Part shown: positions 22,874 to 35,989 of the stretch, piece after piece | Layout of the letters: each line of letters begins with the position of its first letter | Position numbering within the stretch: position 1 is the first letter of the stretch | Source of the DNA: Diplonema japonicum | Taxonomy: Eukaryota > Protista > Euglenozoa: Diplonemea | Length of the DNA stretch: 64,000 nucleotides | Direction of reading: 5' to 3' | Assembly (NCBI GenBank): GCA_964019335.1 | Contig: OZ025706.1 | Location: 449,162-513,161 of the forward strand | Notes under the pieces: generated by a model | Database searches by the model: none | What the model saw: only the letters and a program-made list of their open reading frames with translations | What the model was told of the DNA's origin: nothing | Made by a program: the position numbers and the translations under genes

Positions 22874-24548
22874 TCACCTTGCAAGTGGGACCTTCCTTGG
22901 TGTGTCACCGGGTGCCAAACTAGGCACTGCACCTGGTGTCCTTATTGGAGTAGTTAACTGGAAAGAGCCGCCAATGGTGGATGGGTTGGTGGCAGTTAGT
23001 TGTCTTGTGCTTGACTTCTGCGGCCTGTGGGGTGCGTTCTTGAAGGTTGATGCCTTGACAAAGTCAGCTTCTAAACTTTGTGCCTGATCTTCTTCGGTGT
23101 GCCTAAAGCGCGCCCACTGTAGTGATGTTATTCACACAAAAAAGAACGGAAAGACAGAAAATGCATACCAAGTAAGATTTGTAGATGGTGTTGAAAGAGT
23201 TGGTTAAAATCACCAGCGGGAAGGTCATCACTAGCACAGAGACCATCATGACTATTGAAGCGAGCGCTTTGCCCAAGTCCGTCACGGGTACTGAGTCACC
23301 GTAGCCCACAGTTGTAAGGGTGACCACTGCCCACCAGAGCGCTTCGGGAATGGACTGAAAGTCACATTCAGTCTTTGGGTCACCGGCCTTGTTACTATCG
23401 CTGTAGCCGGAGTCCCTGTACCATACTTTGGTCGCAGTGTCCCACGAGCAGGACTCACGCTCCACGAAGAACATGATAGCCCCCGACGTGACGACCATGA
23501 TGAACATCGTCAATGTGTGCCAGCAGAGGGGCGTCCACGACCTCTTCAGTGCCAGCACAAACAGCCTGATGCCTACGGAGTGCCGTCCGACCTTCAGCAC
23601 CCTCGTCACCCGAGTGACCCTTGCAAGCACACGCAGTACACGTATTTCCTGTAGCCCCTTCCCGTAAGAGATGTCGGTGGCGAGCGTCACGTAGTATGGA
23701 AGGATCGAAATAAGGTCGATCCAGGTGAAGGCATCCATCCAGAATTTAGAGAAGTTAGGCGTGGAGACAGCACGCAAGAAGAACTCCGCAGTGAAGTACA
23801 CGATGCACACAACTTCAAGATCGGACAGGAAGCTTGTTGTCTGTGTGCCGTCCGACCCCCTTGTGTACTGTGGCAGGGTGGCGATGAGGATGCCCAACAC
23901 CGACAGCACAATGACCCCTTGTGAAAACCACGAGATTGCTAACCCGGTATGCCGAAGGCATGTGTCAGGCACTTTCTCGGCGTAAGCGGGTTCCACTAAA
24001 GCCCAAATTTTCTGGCGAAAGGTTTCAGGGTTGGGGAGCATCTGTGTTTCATTGCTGTAATCGCCCAGGTCCCCGAAGTCTTCGAAAAACTCGTTGTGCT
24101 TCGGCTCCAGACCTTCAAGCAGTTTTGTCATGTCGGCAATGGTCACCCTTTTTGAGACAGCGGCTGCAGGGAACCATACCTCCTCTTGATCGAAGGAGAC
24201 GCAGGCCTGGGTGGTGTTCATATCTTGGAGTACCCCGCCTTTGCTCGCCCACTTGTCTAAAGCTCTGTTGTTGCTGAGCCGTTGCAATGACTGAAGGTTG
24301 CCCACCTCCACATACATGCCTATCCACTTCTCTAAGGGTGACCTGTTATCGCAGACAGCGTTGCTCCTGCTTCTCCCAAGAGGAGGTGTTACCTCTTCAT
24401 CATCCTGGAACTCCAAGTAGGTACCCTCGCTCATTTCTAGGAGACGCAGCTCGCTGTCTGTGTTTCCTACCCACGCAGGCCTCTCGTTGTTGAGTAGCTG
24501 TATGCTGCTGTTCTCGAACTGCGAAGCCATCTCCTCTGACTCCGCCAT
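22874..24548 (-). CDS. Voltage-gated potassium channel (Kv, 6TM); intron 23117-23168; 3' end uncertain
   Basis: S4 IRVLRVLARVTRVTRVLKVGRH; pore SIPEALWWAVVTLTTVGYGD. Confidence 0.9.
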
Positions 24549-24640
24549 CGTGTACTGTGTACTGTGTGGGGTGTGGGGTGTGGGGTGCAGTGTGGGGTGC
24601 ATCGTAGAAGGGAAAAAAGAAAATCTCAAGCAAGTTTGTT

Positions 24641-25225
24641 CTACAAAAATTTAACACCATCGCCATCCTCATCCATTTCAATAAGCTCAGCTTTCCCCTG
24701 CTTCTGAAGGCACGCAATGATGACTTTGATCATCTCCTGTGTGTGTGTGTGTGTTTTTTTTTTCTTTTTTTTTTCCCCTTCCCAACATCGTCACTAGCAT
24801 ACCTCAGGCATCCCCTCCCAAGACCTACCCTTCGCACTGTCCTCCGAGAGTTCGTAAATAGTGCACACCGAGCCGATGTGGCCCTCCTCGTCTGCAAGTG
24901 TGTAAATATCAGATGCCCAGTCATCCAGTGGCCGCCAAAGGACCCAACACTTGGTTTTGCTTCCCTTTATCCACACTGCCTTTCCATCTGAAACCAATTG
25001 TTCTAAAACCACTTGGGCATCAGCGGCAGACATCTTTCTTTTTATCTCTTTATTTTCAAACACCTCGTCCTCCACCTCTACAGCCCATTGCTTCTTCCCT
25101 TGGCACTTTTCCAGGATAATGCCGGCCCACAACTCACACTGTTTGGCTTTTGTATCTGCAACTGGCTGCAGTGAGTACAGCGGTGGAAATGCACGCATCT
25201 CAGGTTTTTGGTGTGCCGCAGACAT
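24641..25225 (-). CDS. VPS25: ESCRT-II subunit VPS25, 2 exons; intron 24737-24802
   Basis: FPPLYSLQP, CWVLWRPLDDWA..IY, SVCTIYEL; the spliced last exon ends GKAELI..DGVKFL*. Confidence 0.9.
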
Positions 25226-25908
25226 AGTTGCTGTTGCCTGCAGTGAGTCTAAGATATAGAATAAGAAAAAGGGGGAGGTACTTGAACCAAAAAGTTAATC
25301 AAAGGGAAGCACCCACCCCCCGAAAAATCAAGCTCCTGCTACAGCAGCTATTTCGAGGTTGTGAAGCATTCGTCAAAAATAGCACCGTTTTAGACTCTTT
25401 TTTTTTTTTTTTTTCCATAAATTCGCTCGAAGAAAAACAAAAAGAAAAAAAAGATGACTGAACAACTAGCGGAAGGGACGCCAGTCATCAATTGAACAAC
25501 AGTGTAAGTCACCCCGCTTATTCTCGTGTAAAGAATAATAACACCAGCTGCTGAAGACACTGCGTAACTAAAATGTGTAGAAATTTTAAAAAAACAAGCA
25601 TGACCATCGCAGTGGCTTGAAGTGGTCAAAGCGTAATTACATCAACGGCCAAGAAAGGTAACGGGGAGGGGGGGGCGGGGAGGGAACTACAGGGCCAAAA
25701 CTACACTCAAATATGAGAAGGTACGGCATTGTAAGGCAGTGTTTTAAAAAGGAAAATTATTTTTATGCCCCATGTCTCTTTAAACCCATCTGGTCAATCC
25801 AGGGTGCTAAACGGTTTTAGAGATATGAGGCGTTAAGGGTTGTTTTCTAACCCCACAGCATGTTGAGAAGCATAGGGCGGCGAGCGGTGCCCGTAGTAGT
25901 CAGCAAGC

Positions 25909-26970
25909 TCATGGCAACTGTTGTGGTTTGATATGAAGATTTGACTCCTTATAGTGCATACCTCCTGCAGCATCGAAGCCGTATTCAAACCTGCACAGCA
26001 ACGGGTACAGGGCAAACGTCGTGCAATAGTTGGAGATAGTAACCCTCTGTGCAGGCGACTCGACAGCCAGCATCAACCCGGGGACAGCAAGGGAAGCCCA
26101 CAGCCCGAAAGAAGAACACTTTGTGTCAGGCAGGAGGTTCCCAGACTGCCCCAACATCCACCACGCTGACGTGCAGTACAGCGACAAGAATGTTGTAGAA
26201 CGGAAGATGTCTATGAACAAGGAGGTGGCCTGCAACGAGAGTGCAGGTGCGGGGTCAGTGGAGAAGATGCTTGCCAGACCACTGGCACCTATTTTTCGAA
26301 GCACGTGCACCATAACGCGCATGCCGTAGATCTTCATGTAGAACGGAGCTGCCTCCAACCAGTGGTGCACGAAGTAATCTACAGCTGCGGCGTTGAGTTG
26401 ATGGAAAGATGTACCGTGCTTGCGTGCGTAGGTGTCCCCTTTCTTCTGCGGGAAGACAAGCTCCTTTACTTCCGCATATGTGCCGTGGTTAAACTTTGCC
26501 CGGACTTCGACGATGTGCTCTCTAGTGGCCTTGCCTTGTGAGTGGAGGAAGTTCTTGTATGCGAGAGGCAGCCTGTCTTCATAGAGAATCCAGGAGGAGA
26601 GAAGCTGTGCTGCATTGATAGAGTTGAGGAGAACAGGGTATTTCCTGACGCCCTTCGGCAACAAATTGACAAGGATTTGCGCCAGGAGGTAACAGACGAC
26701 AAATCTATAATTAAAAAAGTAGTCATTGTTGTTGGATATCAGCCTGAGCGGCAACAGGGAAGCCACTCCTGCTACGTTATCGCCTGTCAACCCTTTCAAC
26801 CTCCCGAACACTTCTGCCGTCAGCCCTGCAGAGGCTGCGCTGCACATTGCTTCGTTCCATTCTCCGCTCTTTCTCTTGCCTTTTCTTTTCAGTAATTTCA
26901 GCAGCGCAAAACCAACACCCACAACAGCACTGTTTCTGAGCGCTGCTTTCTCTACTTTATCAAGAGGCAT
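25909..26970 (-). CDS. TMEM135/PXMP4-like membrane protein
   Basis: 353 aa multi-TM; RSTTFLSLYC and LAVESPAQRVTISNYC resemble the TMEM135 C-terminal motifs; 3' end uncertain. Confidence 0.55.
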   Translation of the reverse strand: MPLDKVEKAALRNSAVVGVGFALLKLLKRKGKRKSGEWNEAMCSAASAGLTAEVFGRLKGLTGDNVAGVASLLPLRLISNNNDYFFNYRFVVCYLLAQILVNLLPKGVRKYPVLLNSINAAQLLSSWILYEDRLPLAYKNFLHSQGKATREHIVEVRAKFNHGTYAEVKELVFPQKKGDTYARKHGTSFHQLNAAAVDYFVHHWLEAAPFYMKIYGMRVMVHVLRKIGASGLASIFSTDPAPALSLQATSLFIDIFRSTTFLSLYCTSAWWMLGQSGNLLPDTKCSSFGLWASLAVPGLMLAVESPAQRVTISNYCTTFALYPLLCRFEYGFDAAGGMHYKESNLHIKPQQLP

Positions 26971-27445
26971 TTTAGTTGTAAACTGCAGGGGATGACATAT
27001 GTTATAACCAACAGTATAAAATATTGAACCGGTAATGCTTAGCCTGCCGTGCCTAGCGACAGGCGTTACGCAAACCTTGTTCTTAAGGCTAAGTATCTAA
27101 AAAAGAGGGGGGGGGGTGCCGTTCCTTGTTGGGCTGCATTGTCACTTGGTGGTAACAAAGAATCTAAATGACACTCATGTACAGGGATTATTGTTTTCAG
27201 CATTGCAATAGTGATAACCAAGCAGCCAAGGAAGCCCATGCTTCTCCTTGTTTCTCTTGCTCCTTGAGTGGCATATTTGTCGCAACACTGCTGTCCCTAT
27301 CGGGCATAGGCAAGGGAGAGGCGGACCTCAAAAGCTTGTGATGTGGTTGTGGTGAGATCTTAATGGCCTCCTGATGGACAGTAAGATGTAAAAAATATAT
27401 CAACAGTCTAAAATCTTAACAAAAAGCTTTGCAAAGGCTAGCTTC

Positions 27446-29633
27446 CTAGGAAGAGGTAATTGTCTTGAGGATCTCAAGGACAAAAATGCGCTGCTCCTGA
27501 GTTTGCGGGCTGCACTGATCCTCAGTGTCGTGTCTCTGGGAGTGCAGCGTCCCCGTCACATTGAGGGCCTTCATGTGCGGGAGGTCATACAAGGTAGCGA
27601 GTACACACGCCACCACCATCCCAGTCTCACCGTGTCCACCTTTGCAGTGGATGTAGATAATTTCCCCAGCTTTCTGTTTGAGGATATTATTTCATTATAT
27701 TACCCACACACCAGCATAGCGTTGATTCTGTTGATAAGTTCCATGAAGGTCTTGGTTTCCTTTGGCACCTGCCCATCGCTCAAGTGGTACGTGACGAGGT
27801 TTATTTTCCTGTTCCGATTATTGCTTTGTATGCACATACCTCCCCGCCGCCTTCTCCAAGGCAGGCATGTAGCCGGCGTTCTTGTCTGCTCTCAAGTTGA
27901 TGACTGTCGTGATGCCAGTGTTGGCTAACGCCTGCAGGTCCGAGAGCCTACGGTTGTCCGGTGATCCACCGCACAACAAACTGCGTGTAATGAATATTGC
28001 CTGTTGCATACCGTCCCCTGACAACCCAGTTGGTAGTCCTTGTCGGGCCCACAACGTCCTTCAACTCATTCTTGTCACGTGTGTTGAACGGCGGCGGCAG
28101 CTCAATGTCTTGCTGTGGAACTTCTTGGTCGACTTCCATGGCCTCAGCAGGAGACTCGGCTTGCCGAGCCTGGCTTCCGTTGATGTTAGGTGAAACAGGG
28201 GCAGAAGTGAACTCATTTGGAAGGAGCTTGATAGTCACCTCCGTAGCTTCTGCGAGAGTAGCCAAGTCGGCCATGCAGGTGAGCTCTACGTTGTTCAAGT
28301 ACAGCATGCGACCCTTGCGCACTCCAGCTTGGTCTGCGACGGATCCTGGGAAGACACCCACGACCCACAGCTCCTCAACATCAATACCCCACGACTGCCC
28401 CGGCTCTCTCACCAAGTGATATGTGGCCAGGGCCCCAGGGGACTGAGAAGGCATCGAGGTATCGGACCTCTGGGCTACGTGCAACGTGACCTCAGTCCTC
28501 CCACCGCCCAAGAGGTGCAGCTCCTCCTCGGACTCGATCTTCACGTCGTCGATGCCGATGAGGACGCCTAGCGGCACACCCGCATCTGCCGCCGGCGAGT
28601 CTGCTGCTACGGACACAAATTCAAGACCATCTAAAGCGAAGCCCCACGGATGAGACGGGTTAGGCCTTGTGAGTGTCACTGTCGTGAAACCCATAGGGGA
28701 CTGCTGCGGTGTGCTGGGCAGTCGAGGTATGTTCTGCTGGATTGGTGTCGTACGCGGCTGCTCTATGACTTCCTGCTGAACAGGCTGTATAATAGAATCA
28801 GATTGAGCAGCATTCTTTACAGGCGTGGTATCGAAAAGGTTTACTTGCGTTGCACCGCCTCCACAGCTACGCCCCAAACTCCTTGACATAACATCAGGTG
28901 TCGATGGAGCACTCACGCTTGAGCCCCCGAACAGATTGATGCTGCTACTGCCACCACCATGTTTGCCCCTTGAGTGTGCAAACCTCGCAGTGCTGGTGTG
29001 ATCGCCCGTGGATGCCTCAGAGGGCGCTGCAACCGAATTCAAAGAAGGTGCTGGTGCTGGTGCGGGTGCAGACGCTAGCCCAACTCCTGGCTTGTAATCA
29101 AGATCTCTCGCCACTTCTTTGACATAAGCCTTCAGATCTCTAGAAATAGGGCAATCCGCCCCATAGGTGTTGTCTCGCACCTCGTGCAGCTGAGCAACGA
29201 TGTTGAGTGCCTTCATTCCAGAGTACCTGTACAACGAAGCAAGAAGAAGTGCAGCCACCACACCACACTGCTCGTGGCCGTTGTGATCGTGGATGTAGAT
29301 GCTTTCGCCAGCATGGATCCTGTCAAGGAGGCTGTAGACAAAATCCTTCTGTGCCTTCCTTGCTCCATAGTCCTCACAGTGGAAGGGAAATGAAACGTAC
29401 TCACCACCAACACCTGCAGACTTGAGGTAGTTACTAGCTGATGTCATGTCCCTGAGATCGACGAACACCTCCATTCCAGCTTCTTTCAGTTGCTCGAGCC
29501 TATGCGCACCACCTGTAGGATCATCACCCATGAGCACCTTCCCAGGTAGGATATAGTTGCTGGTCTTAGTTGGGCCCTTCATCTTGGCATCAGCCGTCAC
29601 AGGCTGCGACAGGATATGAGCTATGGCCGACAT
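27446..29633 (-). CDS. Two dual-specificity phosphatase-like domains flanking two PDZ-like domains; introns 27981-28011, 27809-27839, 27674-27711
   Basis: SNYILPGKVL..IYIHDHNGHEQC; PWGFAL..DSPAADAGV; SWGI..GSVADQAGV; spliced C-terminal IYIHCKGGHGETG..CSPQTQEQ. Confidence 0.8.
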
Positions 29634-30504
29634 GGTTAACTGTGATGAAGGGATGGAAAAAACAATTGCACTGAATCTGATCAATAATGAAAGAACACGA
29701 GTATATTAGAAGATGAACATGTTTACCACACCACATGGTGTGTTGTGACATATTTTACATCATATTTCGTATACCTGACGTTCCACACAATGTATGCAAC
29801 ACAGGGTGCACAACACGGCACGTGTTTTATAACATGTACCACTATGCTGCACAGGGAAAAGCAGGCATCACAACGTGCACCTCCTGGTGCACAAAAAAAA
29901 TAATCATTCTTTATGACTATATGTCTTTGTTGTTCGCACAAGCAAAAAAGGTTTTTAAAATCTTTTGCTCGGCACAAGTTGCATATAGTTACTCACTCGT
30001 CTCTCACTACAGGAAGTGGCCTGGTCTTGCCCCCAGGGGCAGGAGTTCATAGACGGGTGGGCGATGTTGTGTTTGGTCGCAGGCACCACCACCACCAAGC
30101 AGCAAACACGCCTTCTCAGCATCCCATTAGTTGACCTCGCACATGAAGATACCGACACCAGACACGCTGCTGGCAAAGGGGTCCGGATTCGAGAAGGAGG
30201 CAAGGGCTCGAGAAGAGTGAAGCAAAGCATCGAAAAGCCCTGTTGCCGTTAAGCACAGACGCCACCAGTGCCAAACATTTCTGGGCTGGTCGGATACTCA
30301 GAGGAGGGTGAATCACACACGGGGGCGGACGTGAACGCACTGATCGCGTTAGTTCGGGAGGAGTATGAAGGTCGAGGGGGGGGTTATTTTGGACACATGC
30401 ACACCTGAAGTGCACACTAGCATGTGCGAGAATGCGAGTCGTTTTGCGAGAATTTCGGCTCAGATCTTTTTTGTGCGAGAATGCGACTCGCACCACCACT
30501 ATGC

Positions 30505-30860
30505 CTAGGGCTTCGTTCTGCGTCGTGTTCCTAATGTGTGCGGTGTGCAACTCAACCCTAGCCGGGGCGTTCCGGGTAACCAAGATTTGGCGCTCGTGCA
30601 GTTTGCTGCCTGTTCATCACCCTGAGCATCTGCGATACGTTCTTCCACTCGGGCGCTACCGGTGATGACCGACGTGGAGGTCAACAGCGAACAACACATC
30701 TGTTGTACTTCTTATATTTCCATGTTATCCCCACCACCTAAATAATATATAAGAGTCAAAGGAGGTTGGTGTTGGCGGCGCCTGAGTTGTGGCTTGCTTC
30801 TTCTGCGTTCCGCTGTGTCCTTAATGTGTGTGATGTACAGCTCAACCCCAGCCGGGGCGA
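30505..30860 (-). repeat. Copy of the dispersed/tandem ~300-bp repeat family
   Basis: Reverse complement of units at 33.6-35.4 kb (TAAGGACACGACACGGAACGCAGAAGAAGC; CAGATGTGTTGTTCGCTGTTGACCTCC). Confidence 0.85.
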
Positions 30861-30917
30861 CGCGCGTAGAAAAAAAAAAGAAAGGGAAAAAGGAAACAGA
30901 AAACCTTCTAATTCCCT

Positions 30918-31806
30918 TTATCTCTGAGGTGGGAACCCCGCCTTCATCTGGTTTGCCTCCAGCAGGAGGCAGCCTGCCTTGGAGCTGCTCCGGTTCTTCA
31001 GGATTTGAAGGACTTGTTTCCTCACCTTGCTGAGGCGGGGGATCTTGAAAACGTCCCCTATGCACAACTGCATTGTGTGTGTGACACATCTATAAGTCAA
31101 GACACCCGTGTATTTACAAAAAAGAGAAAGAAGGGGAATACCCTTTGACTGCAGGATACTTCTTGCCCCACAGAGGGCTGCGTCCATCTCCGGTGAGTCC
31201 TCAACCTCTGCAGCACCTTGGTCATCATCATCACTGCTGACATCAGAAGCGTCCTCAGGGTGTGCCACAGGATGATCTACTTCCTCACCCAGCTCAAACT
31301 CACTATCAAGCTGGTGGGCTGCCTGCATCGGTGAGGCATTGTCTGCACACACCGAAAAAATAATAATATGACTTTTTATCAGATTGGAGATGACTATGTC
31401 AATTTGATGTGCAATTTCTTCTGCAGTAGCTCTTACTTTTGTAAGATACACAGGGAGTATGGAAGTAACTCTTTTTGCCATCAGAGATACAAAAGCCCAA
31501 CCATGACTTGTGACCCAGTGTTGCCCCATCTACCAGAAGGTAGACGGACTGCCCCTGCAGCTCACGGTACAGCTCATCCAGGGTTTCTGTGGCCAGTGCA
31601 ATCATGTGCTTGCACACGCTACGCCTGTTGATCTTCATTGCATCTTCAGTGGGAAGCAGGCTTTTGAACAATGTGCGGTCTGCAAGGACAAAGGGCAAGT
31701 TGTGAGAACTCAAAAAGAGTGCAACACGGTCTATAAAGGGGAGTGGGTATAAACTTTTTACCTTATCATCCACCACCACGTTGGTACCTTGCCCAGTTTT
31801 GTTCAC
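30918..31806 (-). pseudogene. hAT-superfamily transposase remnant (frameshifted)
   Basis: NLPF..F..L..INRRSV, VYLLVDG, SVCADNASPM and RCVTHTMQL (CxxH) spread over two frames. Confidence 0.75.
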
Positions 31807-32011
31807 AATTTCCTCTTGTTGCTTTGCCTGCTTCTCTGCTTCACCTTGCTTCTGTTTCTTTTTTTTTTTTTTTTAAATAGACCTCTTTTTTTTTTTGGCT
31901 GGCCAAGCCCTCTCCTTTCTTTTTCCCCCTCCCTGGCCTCGGGTAGGGGTAGGGGGGGCCTGGGTGGGTGAAAGTGAAGAGTGAAAAAAGGGTACACAAG
32001 TCTATCCTGGC

Positions 32012-32133
32012 CAGTGTTGGTCAGTCCCGTCCCGTCCCCTAAAACGGAATACGGGCCTGGACGGGACTCACGGGACTCCACGGGACGGGACTCGACGGGA
32101 CTCACGGGACTCACGGGACTCTCCCCAACACTG
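32012..32133. mobile_element. hAT-type mini element: CAGTGTTGG/CCAACACTG inverted ends with GGGACTC subrepeats
   Basis: 9-bp inverted ends and internal tandem GGGACTC(A)C repeats; no TSD seen. Confidence 0.5.
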
Positions 32134-32155
32134 TCATTATTTTTGATAGTTTTGC

Positions 32156-32203
<48 letters not shown>

Positions 32204-32299
32204 ACATACATGATGTGTTTACCTTTTCTTTTTTTTTCCTTCTTTTTTTCTTGTCTTCTCACATTTTTTCGCACACCTAAACCAAGCTGTTGTTTCTGC

Positions 32300-32790
32300 T
32301 TTCCGCATCAAATGTTGTATTTGGATAGGCTTCTTCTACGTTCCGCATCGTTTCCTTAATCACTGTGGCCGGGATGTAGCTTCTTCTGCGTTCCACATTG
32401 TGCCCTTAATCACTGCAGCCAGGTTGTAACTTCTTGCATTCCATGTCATTTCCTTAACCACCATGGCCGGGTTGTAGCTTCTTCTGCGTTCTGCGTCGTG
32501 TCCTTAATCACCGTGGCCGAGTTGTAGCTTTTTGTGTTCCGCATCATTTCCTTAATCACGATGGCCGGACGGCCGGGTTGTAGCTTCTTCTGCATTCTGT
32601 GTCGTGTCCTTAATGTGTGTGGTGTTCAGCTCAACCCCAGCCAGGGCACCCCAGGTAACCAAGATTCTGTGCTTGTGTGGTTTGCTCAGTGATGACAGAT
32701 GAGGAGGTCAACAGTGAACAACACATCTGATGTTTTTCTTATATTTTCATGTTATCCCCACCACCTGAAAAAGAAGATAAAAAGTTTTTT
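32300..32790 (-). repeat. Repeat-family array with ~45-nt tandem subunits
   Basis: Repeated TAATCAC..GGCCGGGTTGTAGCTTCTTCTGCGTTCCG. Confidence 0.85.
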
Positions 32791-32801
32791 TTTTTTTCTT
32801 T

Positions 32802-32844
<43 letters not shown>

Positions 32845-33030
32845 GCACCAGGAGGTGCATTGTGACACCTGCTTTTCCCTGTGCAGCATAGTGGTACATG
32901 TTATAAAACACGTGCTGTGTTGTGCACGTTGCATACATCATGTGTGTCGAAAATTTGCGGTGTTGGGGTGGTTTGTGGGCCAGACCCCTCAGACCACCAG
33001 TCTGGCCAGCACTGCCCATCCCTTTTTTTA

Positions 33031-33075
<45 letters not shown>

Positions 33076-33137
33076 TTGTACTTTTCTTGCAAAGGCCTCT
33101 TTTTAATATTTTTTTAGCAGGTCTCCAAACCCCCTGA

Positions 33138-33181
<44 letters not shown>

Positions 33182-33204
33182 TTCACTCTTCGTCATTTTC
33201 TTCA

Positions 33205-33404
33205 NNNNNNNNNNNNNNNNNNNNNNNNNNNNNNNNNNNNNNNNNNNNNNNNNNNNNNNNNNNNNNNNNNNNNNNNNNNNNNNNNNNNNNNNNNNNNNNN
33301 NNNNNNNNNNNNNNNNNNNNNNNNNNNNNNNNNNNNNNNNNNNNNNNNNNNNNNNNNNNNNNNNNNNNNNNNNNNNNNNNNNNNNNNNNNNNNNNNNNNN
33401 NNNN
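33205..33404. other. Assembly gap (200 N)
   Basis: Run of N. Confidence 1.
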
Positions 33405-33584
33405 GGACTGAACCGGACCGGACAAGATACAACCACAACACCACATCCCCCCCTTTTTTTTGCTGCAGAGTTCAAACATATAAACAGATGTCTACAAGAA
33501 AAGATGTTACACAGGTACTGAGAGACGACAACAACAACAAAAACAACGAGAAACGAAGAAAAAAAAAAAAAGAAAAAAAAAACC

Positions 33585-35470
33585 TTTATCTTCTTTTTCA
33601 GGTGGTGGGGATAACATGAAAATATAAGAAAAACATCAGATGTGTTGTTTGCTGTTGACCTCCTCATCGGTCATCACCGAGCAAACCACACGAGTGCAGA
33701 ATCCTGGTTACCCAGGGCGCCCCGGCTAGGGTTGAGCTGATCCCCGCACACATTAAGGACACGACACGGAGCACAGAAGAAGCTACAACTCGGCCGCAGT
33801 GATTAAGGACACGATGCAGAACGCAGAAGAAGCTACAACCCGGCTGCGGTGCACCCCCTGTAATCAAGTAGACAGTTCTTGTGCAGGGCACTGCCAACAC
33901 CGGCCTCCTTTAACTCTTGTATATTATTCCAAAGGTGGTGGGGATAGCATGAAAAAACATCAGATGTGTTGTTCACTGTTGACCTCCTCATCGGTCATCA
34001 CCGGTAGCTCCCGAGTGGAAGAACATAATGCAGATGCTTAGGGTGACAAACAGGCAGCAAACTACACCACACACATTAAAGACATGACACGGAATGCAGA
34101 AGAAGCTACAACTCGGTTGCGGTGCGCCCCTGTAATCAAGCAGACAGTTCTTGTGCAGGGTGCCACCAACACCGGCCTCTTTTAACTCATATATATATCA
34201 TTCAGGTGGTGGGGATAACATGGAAATATAAGAAGTACATCAGATGTGTTGTTCGCTGTTGACCTCCATGTTGGTCATCACCAGTAGCGCCCAAGTGGAG
34301 AACATAATGCAGATGCTCAGGGTGATGAATTGGCAGCAAACTGCATGAGCGCAGAATCTTGGTTACCCCGGGTTGCTATGGCTGGGGTTAAGCTGCACAC
34401 TGCACACATTAAGAACACAACACAGAACACAGAAGAAGCTACAACTCAGCTGCAGTGCCCCCCTGTATCAAGTTAACAGTTCTTGTGCAGGCACCGCCAA
34501 CACGACGAACAGGCATTTCCTCCATCCACTTGGCCGGTCATCACCTGTAGCACCCTGAGTGGAAGAACAAATTGCAGATGCTCAGGGTGAGTAAACTACG
34601 TAGGGCACCAGCTGGGGTTGAGCTGCACACCGCATGCATTAAGGACACGACACGGAACGCAGAAGCGGCCAAGGTGCACCCCCTGTCACTGGTCTCCTTT
34701 ACCTCTTTCATGTTATTTGGTGGTGGGGATCACAGAAATATGGAAATATAAGAAGTACATCAGATGTGTTGTTCGCTGTTGACCTCCATGTTGGTCATCA
34801 CCGGTTGTGCCCGAGTGGAGGAACGTATTGCAGATGCTCAGGGTGATGAACTGGCAGCAAACTACACAGGCCCAGAATCTTAGTTACCAGGGCCATGGCT
34901 GGTGTTGAGCTGCACACTGCACACATTAAGGACACAACACGGAATATTGTGCTGTCAGTGTTGTGGTGATATAGTCACCACTTTCAACCTTGATGATGCA
35001 AAGAGGAAAAAAAAGGGGGGGGGGGAAACTAGTTTGACACTCCATTTGTTTGTGCACACGAGCGGAATTTTACCTAATAAAATAGCTCATTACGCTGCCA
35101 TCAACTAGTTTTTAGTCTCGACAATAATATTGTTAAAACAAAAAAAAAAAAGTAAGGAATTCCCTGTTCTGCCAAGTTCCGGTTCTGCCATTCTGCCAAG
35201 TTCCGACTTTCAGTTTGGCGGAAGGGAATGGAACGACCCAATCCTGCACAAGCAGAATCTTGGTTACCCAGGACGCCCCGGCTGGGGTTGAGCTGAACAC
35301 CACACACATTAAGGACACGACACGGAATGCAGAAGAAGCTACAACTCGGCTGTGGTGTACCCCCTGTAATCAAGTAGTCTTGTGCAGGTCCTTTAACTCA
35401 TATATCTCTCACCGCGGCCGGGTTGTAGCTTCTTCTGTGTTCCGCATCGATCACCACAGCCGGGTTGTAT
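33585..35470 (+). repeat. Degenerate tandem array of the ~300-bp repeat family
   Basis: Several units sharing GGTGGTGGGGATAACATG, CAGATGTGTTGTTCGCTGTTGACCTCC, GCAGATGCTCAGGGTGA and GCAGAAGAAGCTACAACTC. Confidence 0.9.
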
Positions 35471-35989
35471 TACATCCAAATACAACATTTCCGGACATTT
35501 GTACATACCTGTAGCTGCAGTGCACCAGAGTAGATAGGTGCAAATGGCTTGATGGAGCTGTGCATGTCTGTGGTATGAAGAAGAAGAAAAAGAAAAAAAA
35601 GGCAAAAAAAAAAAAAAAAAAAAAAAAAATCATTGTCCAAAAATATTTGAAAAAAAAGTGTTTGCAGGTGTGTCAAAAATTGCAGAAAATTTTTGAGTCT
35701 GGTCAGTCTGGTCAGTCTGGCCGATCTGGTCAGTCTGGTAAAATGGGTACACCAGACCAGACCGGATTCACCCATCACTGCCAGGAGGTGCATTGTGACA
35801 CCTGCTTTTCAGCCTTAATAGAGGCTAATAGTGAAAGTGAGATGGTCATGGGTCAAAATAAAAAGTACCCAAAGAAAAAAATTATTCACAAAAAAAAGTG
35901 GTCAAACACCTGAAAAGTGATATTTTATTGATGATTTATTCATGGTATGGGAAGGAGGAGGTCAAGAAGGCACTGGAAAAAGAAGTCTA

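Noticed and set aside
24400-24717. Upstream exon of the Kv channel
   Set aside because: The segment reads as the last exon of VPS25 (GKAELI..GVKFL*).
31789-33667. Poly-Lys/poly-Phe ORFs and ORFs crossing the N gap
   Set aside because: Artefacts of homopolymer tracts and the gap.
32300-35470. CRISPR-like array
   Set aside because: Units are degenerate tandem repeats without unique spacers, no cas genes, and the context is eukaryotic.
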